A stretch of 64,000 nt of DNA from Macrostomum lignano (Eukaryota): the NCBI GenBank assembly GCA_002269645.1, contig NIVC01001911.1:62001-126000 (forward strand), written 5' to 3'. The notes beneath the pieces were generated by a model that saw only the letters and a program-made list of their open reading frames with translations, had not been told where the DNA came from and searched no databases. The number at the start of each line of letters is the position of its first letter. Within the stretch, counting starts at the first letter, position 1. Shown here one piece after another: positions 36,118 through 53,427 of this stretch. Position numbers and translations under genes: made by a program.

Positions 36118-39100
36118 TCAAGAGTGATCCTCATTGAAAGCGGGCGATGCCACACAGCAGATGGTGAAGAACATGGCCACTGTGAGCGCTGTGAACACCC
36201 AGAAAAATATCCTATCCAGAGCGAACGCCGCGTGCTTCCACACGTCGGATAATTCCTGCAACTCTTGCTGCTGCTGCTCCTGTTGCTTCTGCTTTTGCTG
36301 TAGCCGAGTTCCATCGCTTGTGCCATTAGATGATGCTGGGATTGGCTGTAGAGCGACCTTGAGTACATATTAATAATTGAGAATAGCGGTAGAACTCTAA
36401 TCAGCTGGATAATAGCTCTTTAACTAACCAGGAGAATAGTTCTCTAATCACATGGATAATGGCCCTCTTATTAACCTGTGAAGAATGACTAATTAACCCG
36501 GAGAATGGTTCTCTAATTAACCTAGAGAATGGCTCTCTAATTAACCTGGAGAATGGCTCTCTAATTAACCTGGAGAATAGCTCTCTAATCAAATGGATAA
36601 TGGCCCTCTTATTAACCTGTGAAGAATGACTAATTAACCTGGAGAATGGCTCTCTAATTAACCTAGAGAATGGCTCTCTAATTAACCTGGAGAATAGCTC
36701 TCTAATTAACCTGGAGAATGGCTCTCTAATTAACCTGGAGAATAGCTCTCTAATTAACCTGGAGAATGGCTCTCTAATTAACCCGGTTAATGGCTCCCTA
36801 ATTAACTACCTTAAAGTACGTTGATGGCAATGTCGGAGGCTGCTGCACTGGCGATTTCAACGGCGAATTCGAACTGTCGGTCGCTTCGGCCCAGCGGCGT
36901 CTAGTGGCCTGCTCATGCTGCTGGCCCAACGAGCAGCGCGACTCCAAAGCAACCGCGCCCGTCGCTGTTGTCGCATTCTTTGACTTCCCTAGCGAGGAGC
37001 CAGTCCAGCGACGATGCAGTTTGGCGAGCCACACAATGTAACTCGGCAGTCGATGCCTTCGTTGGTGCAGACCCTGCTGATGCTCCTCCTGCTGATGCTG
37101 GTGATGCTGGTCGGCAAAGAACACTCGCGTTACAATCACCGACATGACAACTGCAAGGGCTACCATTGTCATTGTGACAGTGAATAGCAGGCCTGAAAGT
37201 TCGGACAGTTTATCGAGGTTTGGAAGAGATTAGTTTCATTTTTAAGGTAGTATTCAGGTAGTAAACATGACTATCCTTGCTATCCTATCATTCTTAAGTA
37301 GCCTGTTAACTCGTAGGAATGCTTTACGCCCTGTTAGTCTAGAAGTCCTTGATTCTAATCTTGAAACCAATGAAACCGAGGAGCATTACTAACCAAGAAT
37401 AGGAATGGCATCAGGTGTCGGCGGCATAGTCTCGCTCACCATCAGCAGGAAGACCACCAGAGCCAACAGTACAGTTATTTCAAGGTTAACCTTCTCGCCA
37501 GATTCTATTGGCAGGTAGAAGCCCAGAAATGAGACAAAGTAGATCAGCAGACAGGGACAAATAAGGTTGATAACGTAGAAAAGACACCGCCTGTACATGT
37601 GTATCGTGAAGTGAATAACTGGGAACGGCGACTTGCAGCAGGGATACTTTATCAGCTCTTGGCGGGGCGAAATTCCTGTCACTTTCCATTCTTGGTTTCT
37701 GGCATTGTAGTACACTTTCTGGTCGTCTCGGCCGGTGTGGTTCAGCGCCACCTGGAATCCGTCGTATGTCCACGACACGAACGTCACGTTGCAGTCCTGC
37801 GAGTCGAATGGGAAATAGCGCACGTCCAGGGTGCAGTACATTTTTACAACCATGGGAAAAGTCCACATTATTTTGCCGTTCTTCTCCACTATAGCGTTAG
37901 TGTTCATGTAGTCGGAGTATTCGTCGTTGGCGCTGAGAATTCGAAGCGAATCGGGTTGATTTGAAGGTTTGATTCAAGTATGGTCAATTGAAGTAGTAGG
38001 ACGCAACAAAATTGTCAGCTGTGGGATTTGGTGTCTTTACATCCTGTTGAGTCAGGGAGTGTCAGCTGTGGGATTTGGTGTCTTTACATCCTGTTGAGTC
38101 AGGGAGTGTCAGCTGTGGGATTTGGTGTCTTTACATCCTGTTGAGTCAGGGAGTGTCAGCTGTGGGATTCAGGTGTCTTTTACATCCTGTTGAGTCATGG
38201 AGTGTCAGCTGTGGGATTCGGTGTCTTTTACATCCTGTTAAGTCAGGGAGTGTCAGCTGTGGGACTTGGTGTCTTTACATCCTGTTGAGTCATGGAGTGT
38301 CAGCTGTGGGATTCAGGTGTCTTTTACATCCTGTTGAGTCAGGGAGTGTCAGGTGTGGGATTCAGGTGTCTTTTACATCCTGTTGAGTCAGGGAGTGTCA
38401 GCTGTGGGATTCAGGTGTCTTTACATCCTGTTGAGTCAGGGAGTGTCAGCTGTGGGATTCAGGTGTCTTTACATCCTGTTGAGTCAGGGAGTGTCAGCTG
38501 TGGGACTTGGTGTCTTTACATCCTGTTGAGTCATGGAGTGTCAGCTGTGGGATTCGGTGTCTTTTACATCCTGTTGAGTCAGGGAGTGTCAGCTGTGGGA
38601 TTCGGTGTCTTTTACATCCTGTTGAGTCAGGGAGTGTCAGCTGTGGGACTTGGTGTCTTTTACATCATGTTGAGTCAGGCAGTGTCTGCTGTGAGATTCG
38701 GTGTCTTTACATCCTGTTGAGTCATGGAGTGTCTGCTTTGGGATTCAGGTGTCTTTACATCATGTTGAGTCAGGGAGTGTTTGCTGTGGGATTCGGTGTC
38801 TTTACATCCTGTTGAGTCAGGGAGTGTCAGCTGTGGGACTTGGTGTCTTTTACATCCTGTTGAGTCAGGGAGTGTCAGCTGTGGGATTCAGGTGTCTTTA
38901 CATCCGTTTGAGTCATGGAGTGTCTGCTTTGGGATTCAGGTGTCTTTACATCATGTTGAGTCAGGGAGTGTCAGCTGTGGGACTTGGTGTCTTTTACATC
39001 CTGTTGAGTCAGGGAGTGTCAGCTGTGGGATTCGGTGTCTTTTACATCCTGTTGAGTCAGGGAGTGTCAGCTGTGGGATTCAGGTGTCTTTTACATCCTG

Positions 39101-41169
39101 TTGAGTCAGGGAGTGTCAGCTGTGGGATTCAGGTGTCTTTTACATCCTGTTGAGTCAGGGAGTGTCAGCTGTGGGATTCAGGTGTCTTTACATCCTGTTG
39201 AGTCAGGGAGTGTCAGCTGTGGGATTCAGGTGTCTTTACATCCTGTTGAGTCAGGGAGTGTTTGCTGTGGGACTTGGTGTCTTTACATCCTGTTGAGTCA
39301 GGGAGTGTCAGCTGTGGGACTTGGTGTCTTTACATCCTGTTGAGTCAGGGAGTGTCAGCTGTGGGACTTGGTGTCTTTACATCCTGTTGAGTCAGGGAGG
39401 GTCAGCTGTGGGACTTGGTGTCTTTACATCATGTTGAGTCAGGGAGTGTCAGCTGTGGGACTTGGTGTCTTTACGTCATGTTGAGTCAGGGAGTGTTTGC
39501 TGTGGGATTCGGTGTCTTTACATCCTGTTGAGTCAGGGAGTGTCAGCTGTGGGACTTGGTGTCTTTACATCCTGTTGAGTCAGGGAGTGTCAGCTGTGGG
39601 ATTCGGTGTCTTTACATCCTGTTGAGTCAGGGAGTGTCAGCTGTGGGATTCGGTGTCTCTACATCCTGTTGTTGAGTCAAGGAGTGTCTGCTGTGGGATT
39701 CAAGTTCGTGTAAATCCCGAATGTATCAGTTCGAATCTTCTATTCTGGTTGTATTTCTAGATTGCCTTTCATTCTGTTCCAACAAAGGTCAGACGAAGCG
39801 CGATGTTTCCTCACTAATTGGTGATGATGAGATCCGGTCGCCAGATGCTCTTAGCAGGGATCCAGAATCTCTGTATGGGAAAGTCCTCCACGCTCCAAGT
39901 CAAATATTCGTCCCACCAGTGCTGGAAAAGAAGAACGACAACGGAAGAACGAGAATTTAAGAACGCTGCAAAAAAGTGCATTTAATTTTGATTGTTGATT
40001 CAGCTGTTGATTCTGGAACTCTACCAGCGCCTTACCACTCGAACGGACACCTGCGCAGAGATGGTCTGATGGCGCTCACTCTGCAACGGGAAAATGTGGA
40101 ACAATTTTGTGTGTGTGAACTGTAAAAATGGATGGCGGATTAATGGCGGTGCAGATAGCTTTTTTCCGGCAATTTCTCTTCATTTTAATGCTTATTTTAT
40201 AGCTGTTTTGGAGGCCTCTTGGCTGCGCTATGCTTTTTCCAGTAGTTCTTTTTCGTCCCACCAGATTGTTGCTGCCTGTTTGGCAAAGCACCAATTTGAA
40301 AACTTTTTCCGCGAGGAATTTTTTTCTTCACAGAACAGTCGTTCGTTTTAGATTGACAGGACAGAATCAATCCCGCATCTGTCTGATAATGTCGCTCATG
40401 TTATACACAATGTCACACATTTCAGACACAACCTCACACCTGTTAGACACAACCTCACACCTGTTAGACACAACCTCACACCTGTTAGACACAACCTTAC
40501 ACCTGTTAGACACAACCTCACACCTGTTAGACACAACCTCACACATGTTAGACACAACCTCACACCTGTTAGGCACAACCTCACACCTGTTAGACACAAC
40601 CTCACACCTGTTGGACACAACCTCACACCTGTTAGGCACAACCTCACACCTGTTAGACACAACCTCACACCTGTTAGACACAACCTCACACCTGTTAGAC
40701 ACAACCTCACACCTGTTGGACACAACCTCACACCTGTTAGGCACAACCTCACACCTGTTAGGCACAACCTCACACCTGTTAGACACAACCTCACATCTGT
40801 TAGGCACAACCTCACACCTTGTTAGACACAACCTTACACATGTTAGGCACAACCTCACACCTGTTAGACACAACCTCACACCTGTTATACGCGATGTCAC
40901 ACCCGTTAGACACATTATTATTTAAAATCTGTCACCCAGTAACAGTTATCACTTCACGACAGGCAATATAAAAATGTACATTTTCGTTCAACTTACAGTG
41001 TCCAAGATGTGAAACAGCGACATTCCAACACTGGTGTCCACCGGACTCGAATCCCTGCGAACCGGCCGGCTAGTGGTGTCGTATCCCCTGAGCAGTCGCT
41101 GCTTGAGCATGTACTCAACCGATGCGTTGATGTGTAACTGGCGGTCTTCGGTTAGCGAGTAGGCTAGGC
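36118..41169 (-). CDS. Nicotinic acetylcholine receptor alpha-type subunit (signal-peptide exon not located)
   Basis: Exons 40997-41169, 40036-40080 (conserved 45-bp exon), 39815-39921, 37394-37932, 36810-37192 and 36118-36357 are all phase-consistent. Cys-loop CTLDVRYFPFDSQDC, loop C YPCC, M2 GEKVNLEITVLL and M4 LDRIFFWVF. Confidence 0.93.
36400..36805. repeat. 24-bp intronic minisatellite
   Basis: (TTAACCTGGAGAATGGCTCTCTAA)n. Confidence 0.9.
38012..39705. repeat. 47-48-bp intronic minisatellite
   Basis: CAGCTGTGGGATTTGGTGTCTTTACATCCTGTTGAGTCAGGGAGTGT, about 35 copies. Confidence 0.95.
40420..40905. repeat. 21-bp intronic minisatellite
   Basis: (AGACACAACCTCACACCTGTT)n. Confidence 0.95.
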
Positions 41170-41369
41170 CTGCGTTTAATCAGCAAGATTTCATATCCAT
41201 ATATTTTATATTCCACAGCGTTCTCCTCCAACGAGACTATAGGGCATAGCATGGAAAATGGTGAACTAACTGGGCGTGTCAAATTAGGCGTCCTTGAGAT
41301 ACTAGATCCGGTGTCTGAGAGACTTTCTATTTAGTGACCTTGAGGAGTGAAGGTGTCAGTCACTAAAGT

Positions 41370-41695
41370 GCAACACTGGGTGTCCATTGGACGTCTCTGA
41401 GGTGCAACATTGGGTGTCTCTGAGGTGCAACATTCGGTGTCTCTAAGGTGCAACATTCGGTGTCTTTGAGGTGCAACATTGGGCGTCTCTGAGGTGCAAC
41501 ATTCGGTGTCTCTGAGGTGCAACATTCGGTGTCTTTGAGGTGCAACATTGGGCGTCTCTGAGGTGCAACATTCGGTGTCTCTGAGGTGCAACATTCGGTG
41601 TCTTTGAGGTGCAACATTGGGCGTCCTTGAGGTGCAAAATTGAATGTCCTTGAGGTGCGAAATTGGGTATCCTTGAGGTGCAGCACTGGATGCCT
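41370..41695. repeat. 23-bp minisatellite with a 69-bp trimer period
   Basis: GAGGTGCAACATT(C/G)GG(T/C)GTCT(C/T)T units. Confidence 0.9.
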
Positions 41696-42219
41696 TGAGA
41701 AGCTATATAACGAACTCAATACTGACGCTCGCTGAAATCCCATTGACGCCCTTAGTCGCTCCTCTTCAACTTAAAAATCCGGTTGACTCATTATTCTCAC
41801 ATTTGTTAAAGCATACAGCGAAGGATTTTTACTCCTAGAAATCTCAACTCAACGCAGCCCAGCTCAGAACGGGATTTCAATGTACAGTGACGGAATTCAT
41901 AGAAGCGTAGCTAATTCTCACCTCGCAATCAAATAAGTCCCGATCGTCTCTACCGATTATTATCGAAATCCTACTTGACAAAAAAGGGCTTTACAAAAAT
42001 CCCCACCCAAATCCTGGCAGCGAACGGGTGGGATCCAGATTTCTTTTCCCGGGAATCGAGGATTCTTGGGATTAGGGCAAGGGGGCGGAGCACCCCAAAT
42101 ATCCCTACAAAAACTAAATGAAAAAAGCAACCATGCTCACTGGAGGACAGGAGCTCCACTTTTGCCAAACTCTTGGATGTGACATTCTCTGGTCTTAGGA
42201 GACGGGGAGTAAGGGCGCC

Positions 42220-43110
42220 CACCTAAGAGACAGTGGCGCCCACCTAAGAGACAGTGGCGCCAACCTAAGAGACAGTGGCGCCAACCTAAGAGACAGTGGC
42301 GCCAACCTAAGAGACAGTGAGACAGTGGCGCCAACCTAAGAGACAGTGGCGCCAACCTAAGAGACAGTGGCGCCAACCTAAGAGACAGTGGCGCCAACCT
42401 AAGAGACAGTGGCGCCAACCTAAGAGACAGTGGCGCCAACCTAAGAGACAGTGGCGCCAACCTAAGAGACAGTGGCGCCAACCTAAGAGACAGTGGCGCC
42501 AACCTAAGAGACAGTGGCGCCAACCTAAGAGACAGTGGCGCCAACCTAAGAGACAGTGGCGCCAACCTAAGAGACAGTGGCGCCAACCTAAGAGATAGTG
42601 GCGCCAACCTAAGAGACAGTGGCGCCAACCTAAGAGACAGTGGCGCCAACCTAAGAGACAGTGGCGCCAACCTAAGAGACAGTGGCTCCAACCTAAGAGA
42701 CAGTGGCGCCAACCTAAGAGACAGTGGCTCCAACCTAAGAGACAGTGGCGCCAACCTAAGAGACAGTGGCGCCAACCTAAGAGACAGTGGCGCCAACCTA
42801 AGAGACAGTGGCGCCAACCTAAGAGACAGTGGCACCAACCTAAGAGACAGTGGCGCCCACCTAAGAGACAGTGGCGCCAACCTAAGAGACAGTGGCGCCA
42901 ACCTAAGAGACAGTGGCGCCAACCTAAGAGACAGTGGCGCCCACCTAAGAGACAGTGGCGCCAACCGAAGAGAGACAGTGGCGCCAATTCCTAAGAGACA
43001 GTGGCGCCAATTCCTAAGAGACAGTGGCGCCAACCTAAGAGACAGTGGCTCCAATTCCTAAGAGACAGTGAGACAGTGGCGCCAACCTAAGAGACAGTCA
43101 GACAGTGGCG
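42220..43110. repeat. 21-bp minisatellite
   Basis: (CCTAAGAGACAGTGGCGCCAA)n. Confidence 0.95.
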
Positions 43111-44004
43111 CCCATCTACCCAAAAGACAGGGGCGCCGAACTTACATTGGGTTCTGAAAAACAAAGCTTTGATTATTATACGATATCTCGCTAAAGACGA
43201 TACTAAATCAGGGGCTTCTAAAAGCTGAGCTCTAACCTATGCTGACTCCCCTCTGCTGACTTTCTGTAGCCAAGGGGAAGCCAAATTGGAAATTTTTAAT
43301 GGAATTTTGACGGAAGTTGTGCTCAGGATAGCATTTGAGTCCGAAATTCCTCTTTCCCACTCGCTCTCTCACTGACTCCCTAGAGTCGCTGGGTCGGTTC
43401 ATTCCCATTTTAAGCTTGCTGTTTTACCGTAGGTCACCAATACATCAATTCGTTGTTGAAGCCAATTCTGACCTACTCGATATGCAAAGCAGTCAAGCAA
43501 AACCTATTGAAGCTATGTTAGCATAGCTTCGTTTATAATTTAGTGCCTATGAATAAATTAATAAAACCAGCAGTTGCTTGGGACTCTTGAGAAATTCTCC
43601 AACTAGTCCGAGCACATTCTCGGGAGAAGGTTATTAATGAAGAAAAGGCTCCCGTCTTTTATCTTCGGCCATAGACTACTTCAGAAAACTATCGTTCCCT
43701 GGACGGCTTCCTGCAGTTGGAAGTCCGGGTCTTTTATTACCCATTTGGGCCTGGCCATAGACTATAGGAACATGTTGATTTAGCCTGACGCAATAAAACT
43801 TTGTCTATTGTAGAAAGTCTCCACACCTCCATCTACGTCAAAGTAGCTTATTTATTGGTTTGCTTTTTATTTCCTTACGAAGGCTGACTGTCTCAAATAT
43901 ATACGAAGTACTTCATGGGGCAAGATGAACTTTCGAGGACACCTCAATAATACAGCGTTCGGCTTGAGTTCTAATTGAGTTTAAAGAAAATTGTATTAAT
44001 TTTA

Positions 44005-44570
44005 TGTCTGTACTTTTCAATACCTGTCTGTACTCTTCTATACCTGTCTCTACTCTTCTATTCCTGTCTCTACTCATCCCTACCTGTCCCTACCCTTCTA
44101 TACCTGTCTGTACTCTTCTATACCTGTCTGTACTCTTCTATACCTGTCTCTACCCTTCTATACCTGTCTGTACTCTTCTATACCTGTCTGTACTCTTCTA
44201 TACCTGTCTGTACTCTTCTATACCTGTCTATACTCTTCTATACCTGTCTGTACTCTTCTATACCTGTCTGTACTCTTCTATACCTGTCTGTACTCTTCTA
44301 TACCTGTCTGTACTCATCTATACCTGTCCGTACTCATCTATACCTGTCTCTACTCCTCTATACCTGTCTCTACTCATCTATACCTGTCTCTACTCATCTA
44401 TACCTGTCCCTACCCTTCTATACCTGTCTGTACTCTTCTATACCTGTCCCTACCCTTCTATATCTGTCTGTACTCTTCTATACCTGTCCCTACCCTTCTA
44501 TACCTGTCTGTACTCTTCTATACCTGTCCCTACCCTTCTATACCTGTCTGTACTCTTCTATACCTGCCTC
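44005..44570. repeat. 20-bp minisatellite
   Basis: (TACCTGTCTGTACTCTTCTA)n. Confidence 0.95.
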
Positions 44571-45334
44571 TATAAGCTTAAACAGCCTATTGCTATTAAA
44601 TTTAGACAGAAAATTGTTTGCTAGGAACCATTATAGCAATTTAATTTCTTTGTCAAAGTACACAATAGTTGACCGGAAGTTCGACTCTTTCGAGCAATCA
44701 AAACGCGACGCCGCTCTGGCCACAACTGGCTAGCGCATTCTATATGCCTAGGAATTAGTTTAAGTCTACTAATAACAAGTAAGCGGCGTGCGTGCTCATG
44801 CAGACTCGAGGGACTGCGCCAAGCAAGTGCTGAGGCCTTTCGCGCAGTGGAAACTCGTGCAGAGTTGCGTGCGCTCCCAAGCTAGTCCGCTGGCCCCCTC
44901 TTACCCCTTGCTAGCTACTTCTCAACTGCCTTGGCTCTACCTAGACTTTACTTTACTCCGGAAGCCGACTGACTCAATTCAGCCAGCCAGTCAGTCAGCC
45001 GGTTCCCGAGGGGCGACAAGCGGAGAGCAGAGGAAGTGAGACGGGCAGGCAGAAGACAGACTAAGCTAAAGGCTGCTTCTGTAGAGAATAAGTAACTCGA
45101 TAATAAAATTCGGATTCTTCTCCAGCCAAGACAGGAGTTGTGGCTGAAATCCCAACAGTTTGGGAGCTTGGGATTAAAATAAGCCCAAAGCGGTTCTGAT
45201 CGAGGCGTGAAATCTTGGAATTGGTGACTGGCTTCACACGCCACCGAGTCTGCTCCTGACAGGCAGAAATCCAAAAAATAATCATATTTCTTCAACTAAT
45301 TTCAAATTCTGTTGTGGCTAATTCTTTAGCACAT

Positions 45335-47930
45335 TGTGTGTTTGTGGCGCCGAAAGTCATTGTTTTGTGGCGCCGAAAATCATTGTTTTTGTGGCTCCAA
45401 AAATCGTTGTGTTTGTGGCGTCGAAATCTGTGTTTGTGGCGCTGAAACTCTGTGTGTTTGTGGCGCCGAAATCTGTGTGTTTGTGGCGCTGAAACTCTGT
45501 GTGTTTGTTTGTGGCGCCGAAATTTGTGTGTTTGTGGCGCCGAAATCTGTGTGTTTGTGGCGCTGAAACTCTGTGTGTTTGTGGCGCCGAAATCTGTGTG
45601 TTTGTGGCGCTGAAACTCTGTGTGTTTGTTTGTGGCGCCGAAATTTGTGTGTTTGTGGCGCCGAAATCTGTGTGTTTGTGGCGCTGAAACTCTGTGTGTT
45701 TGTGGCGCCGAAATCTGTGTGTTTGTGGCGCTGAAACTCTGTGTGTTTGTTTGTGGCGCCGAAATTTGTGTGTTTGTGGCGCCGAAATCTGTGTGTTTGT
45801 GGCGCTGAAACTCTGTATGTTTGTTTGTGGCGCCGAAATCTGTGTGTTTGTAGCGCTGAAACTCTGTGTGTTTGTGGCACCGAAAGTCATTGTTTTCTGG
45901 CGCCGAAAATCATTGTTTTTGTGGCGCCAAAAATCAGTGGTTTTGTGGCTCCGAAAAATCGTTGTGTTTGTGGCGCCGAAATCTGTGTATTTGTGGCGCT
46001 GAAATCTGTGTGTTTGTGGCACCGAAATCTGTGTGTTTATGGCGCCAAAATCTGTGTGTTTGTGGCGCCGAAATCTGTGTGTTTGTGGCGCCGAAATCTG
46101 TGTTTTTATGGCGCCGAAATCTGTGTATTTGTGGCGCTGAAATCTGTGTGTTTGTGGCACCGAAATCTGTGTTTGTGGCGCTGAAACTCTGTGTGTTTGT
46201 GGCGCCGAAATCTGTGTGTTTGTGGCGCTGAAACTCTGTGTGTTTGTGACGCCGAAATCTGTGTGTTTGTGGCGCCGAAATCTGTGTGTTTATGGCGCCG
46301 AAATCTGTGTATTTGTGGCGCTGAAATCTGTGTGTTTGTGGCACCGAAATCTGTGTGTTTATGGCGCCGAAATCTGTGTGTTTGTGGCGCCGAAATCTGT
46401 GTGTTTGTGGCGCCGAAATCTGTGTGTTTATGGCGCCGAAATCTGTGTATTTGTGGCGCTGAAATCTGTGTGTTTGTGGCACCGAAATCTGTGTTTGTGG
46501 CGCTGAAACTCTGTGTGTTTGTGGCGCCGAAATCTGTGTGTTTGTGGCGCTGAAACTCTGTGTGTTTGTGGCGCTGAAACTCTGTGTGTTTGTGGCACCG
46601 AAATCTGTGTGTTTGTGGCGCTGAAACTCTGTGTGTTTGTGGCGCCGAAATCTGTGTTTGTGGCGCCGAAAATCATTGTGTTTGTGGCGCCGAAAATCAT
46701 TGTGTTTGTGGCGCCGAAAATCATTATGTTTGTGGCGCCGAAAATCATTGTGTTTGTGGCGCCGAAAATCATTGTGTTTGTGGCGCTGAAAATCATTGTG
46801 CTTGTGGCGTTCAAAAATCATTGTGTTTGTGGCGCCGAAAATCATTGTGTTTGTGGCGCCGAAATCTGTGTGTTTGTGGCGCCGAAATCTGTGTGTTTAT
46901 GGCGCCGAAATCTGTGTATTTGTGGCGCTGAAATCTGTGTGTTTGTGGCACCGAAATCTGTGTTTGTGGCGCTGAAACTCTGTGTGTTTGTGGCGCCGAA
47001 ATCTGTGTGTTTGTGGCGCTGAAACTCTGTGTGTTTGTGGCGCTGAAACTCTGTGTGTTTGTGGCACCGAAATCTGTGTGTTTGTGGCGCTGAAACTCTG
47101 TGTGTTTGTGGCGCTGAAACTCTGTGTGTTTGTGGCACCGAAATCTGTGTGTTTGTGGCGCTGAAACTCTGTGTGTTTGTGGCGCCGAAATCTGTGTTTG
47201 TGGCGCCGAAAATCATTGTGTTTGTGGCGCCGAAAATCATTGTGTTTGTGGCGCCGAAAATCATTATGTTTGTGGCGCCGAAAATCATTGTGTTTGTGGC
47301 GCCGAAAATCATTGTGTTTGTGGCGCTGAAACTCTGTGTGTTTGTGGCGCCGAAATCTGTGTTTGTGGCGCCGAAAATCATTGTGTTTGTGGCGCCGAAA
47401 ATCATTGTGTTTGTGGCGCCGAAAATCATTATGTTTGTGGCGCCGAAAATCATTGTGTTTGTGGCGCCGAAAATCATTGTGTTTGTGGCGCTGAAAATCA
47501 TTGTGTTTGTGGCGTTCAAAAATCATTGTGTTTGTGGCGCCGAAAATCATTGTGTTTGTGGCGCTGAAACTCTGTGTGTTTGTGGCGCCGAAATCTGTGT
47601 TTGTGGCGCCGAAAATCATTGTGTTTGTGGCGCCGAAAATCATTGTGTTTGTGGCGCCGAAAATCATTGTGTTTGTGGCGCCGAAAATCATTGTGTTTGT
47701 GGCGCCGAAAATCATTGTGTTTGTGGCGCCGAAAATCATTGTGTTTGTGGCGCCGAAAATCATTGTGTTTGTGGCGCCGAAAATCCATGGGTGTTTGTTG
47801 CGCCGAAAATCCATGGGTGTTTGTGGCGCTGAAAATCATTGTGTTTGTGGCGTCCAAAAATCATTGTGTTTGTGGCGCCGAAAATCATTGTGTTTGTGGC
47901 GCCGAAGTCTGTGTGTTTGTGGCGCTGAAA
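45335..47930. repeat. 2.6-kb complex satellite of about 22-bp units with higher-order blocks
   Basis: Alternating subfamilies GTGTTTGTGGCGCCGAAATCTGT, ..GCTGAAACTCTGT and ..CCGAAAATCATT. Confidence 0.95.
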
Positions 47931-48774
47931 TTCTGTTTAATTTGTGGCGTCAAAAATCTGCTTTTACTTTTAACTGAACCAAAATTAATTCTCATTTTGT
48001 GGTCGAGAAAATTCGTTTTTGCCGTGGAATGAAACTAATTTAATAAGAAGTTCTAAATGGCCCAATATCCATTTACAACTACACAACTGTATAAAGGCTA
48101 CATATAAGAGTCAAGGACTACAGTGGTCCTTGATAAGAGTTTAGTGAAACAGCTCAACTTAACATCTGGGAAATTCTGCGCGCGATTGAATCATTTTTAC
48201 AGACGAATTGTCAATCACTTCTGAAACGTATAATATGTGTGGAAAACTGAAGTACAATAGAAGGACGCTGCAAGGGTATTCTCGGTTGATTTTCTTAGAA
48301 ATGAGATAGAGACCAGTAAGGAATGTACGAGTATGTCGTATCGCTATTAGTGAATTTATTGGCCTCCAAGCTCCTTTCCAAAAAATCGAGTCTATCTTCC
48401 TTTCTAATTGCAATTTTCTTCGCAACATTGGTTGGAAACTAAAAAGAATTCCCCCAGTCTATAAAACTGCAAAGCAATTTATAACGAGACGAGACTTACA
48501 CTTCAACGCGGATGCAATAAATAAAATCCAGCTAATGTTGATTAAAGGCCGGACTACTAGGCTGGTCATTATGTTGATTAATTCAATCGATATTTAAATT
48601 AGTAGACTACGATTGTCTACTTTGTGAAAGATTTTCTGGCTGAATAAAAATTCGGCCTTTTTAGCGGCTTGAAACATAGGGGCAGCAACTCCAGAGCCAA
48701 TAGAAGAGGGGAGCCCGCAGTGCCCAACCATTCAAGGGCTTGTAAGATCAGTGCCGTTTTGATTGGGAGCGGAG

Positions 48775-49005
48775 TGACACCTGTTAGACAGGAGTGAATC
48801 ACCTGTTAGACAGGAGTTTATCACCTGTTAGACAGGGGTTTATCACCTGTTAGACAGGAATATATCACCTGTTAGACAGGATTGTTACCTGTTAGACAGG
48901 AATTTATCACCTGTTAGACAGGAGTGTATCACCTGTTAGACAGGAATGTCACCTGTTAGACTGAATTATGTCAACCGCTAGACAGTAGTGTGAGCTGTTA
49001 GACAG
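48775..49005. repeat. About 21-bp degenerate repeat with core CACCTGTTAGACAGGA
   Basis: About 10 units. Confidence 0.85.
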
Positions 49006-49609
49006 GAGTGTCGCATGATATAGCAGAAATCAATAGTTTATCTATACACTCGGATTTCCTGAAGGCTTGAAGCAACTTGCTTTTGGTAATCCAGCAAGTA
49101 CCAGTATGCGTCAGAGAGCTATATGTTTTTGATGATATTCTCTCTCACCCTTACCTACCCTGCATTATTAGCACAATCTACTCAGCCTAGTCGGTAATAA
49201 CAAGAATGTCACGAATTTTCCTTATACACAAGCATTACGAATAGACGTAACATTTGCATGAACCAAGGCATACGAGATTAGAAAGCAGACTTTGAAATGG
49301 GAGATCGCGGAAACCAAAACAACACTGCTTGCCACTTGACTCGACTGTTTATTGATTGCATAGAAACTTCGCAAAAAAGAGTAACTAGAGTGATTAGAAA
49401 GATTACTGGAATATTAATTAGCTTGTTTAACTGCGATCTAGCTTTTAGCTAAGTTTAACAAAATAACAACTACGGCAACAATTCTTATAGAAACGATACT
49501 GGCACAACTTCTGAAAACCGATTCAATAACACAATACTAGCTTACCTTGGTTGCGCTTGAACAACAAGTTTGAAGCTAATGCTGATAAATAGAGGGAAAA
49601 CAAACAGAA

Positions 49610-49611
<2 letters not shown>

Positions 49612-49684
<73 letters not shown>
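49612..49684. repeat. (CAGA)n microsatellite
   Basis: Read directly. Confidence 0.95.
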
Positions 49685-49833
49685 GTTACCACAGAGACAA
49701 ACAATTTATTGACATAAACAAATTTAAACGTTCGAAGTTAAACACGGGCTGCTTTTATAACCAAAGCCAACGTTAAAAACAAGAAAAGTTTTATTCCGTT
49801 GATGAGTTCAACATCGGTGCTTGAATCATTCAT

Positions 49834-53427
<3,594 letters not shown>

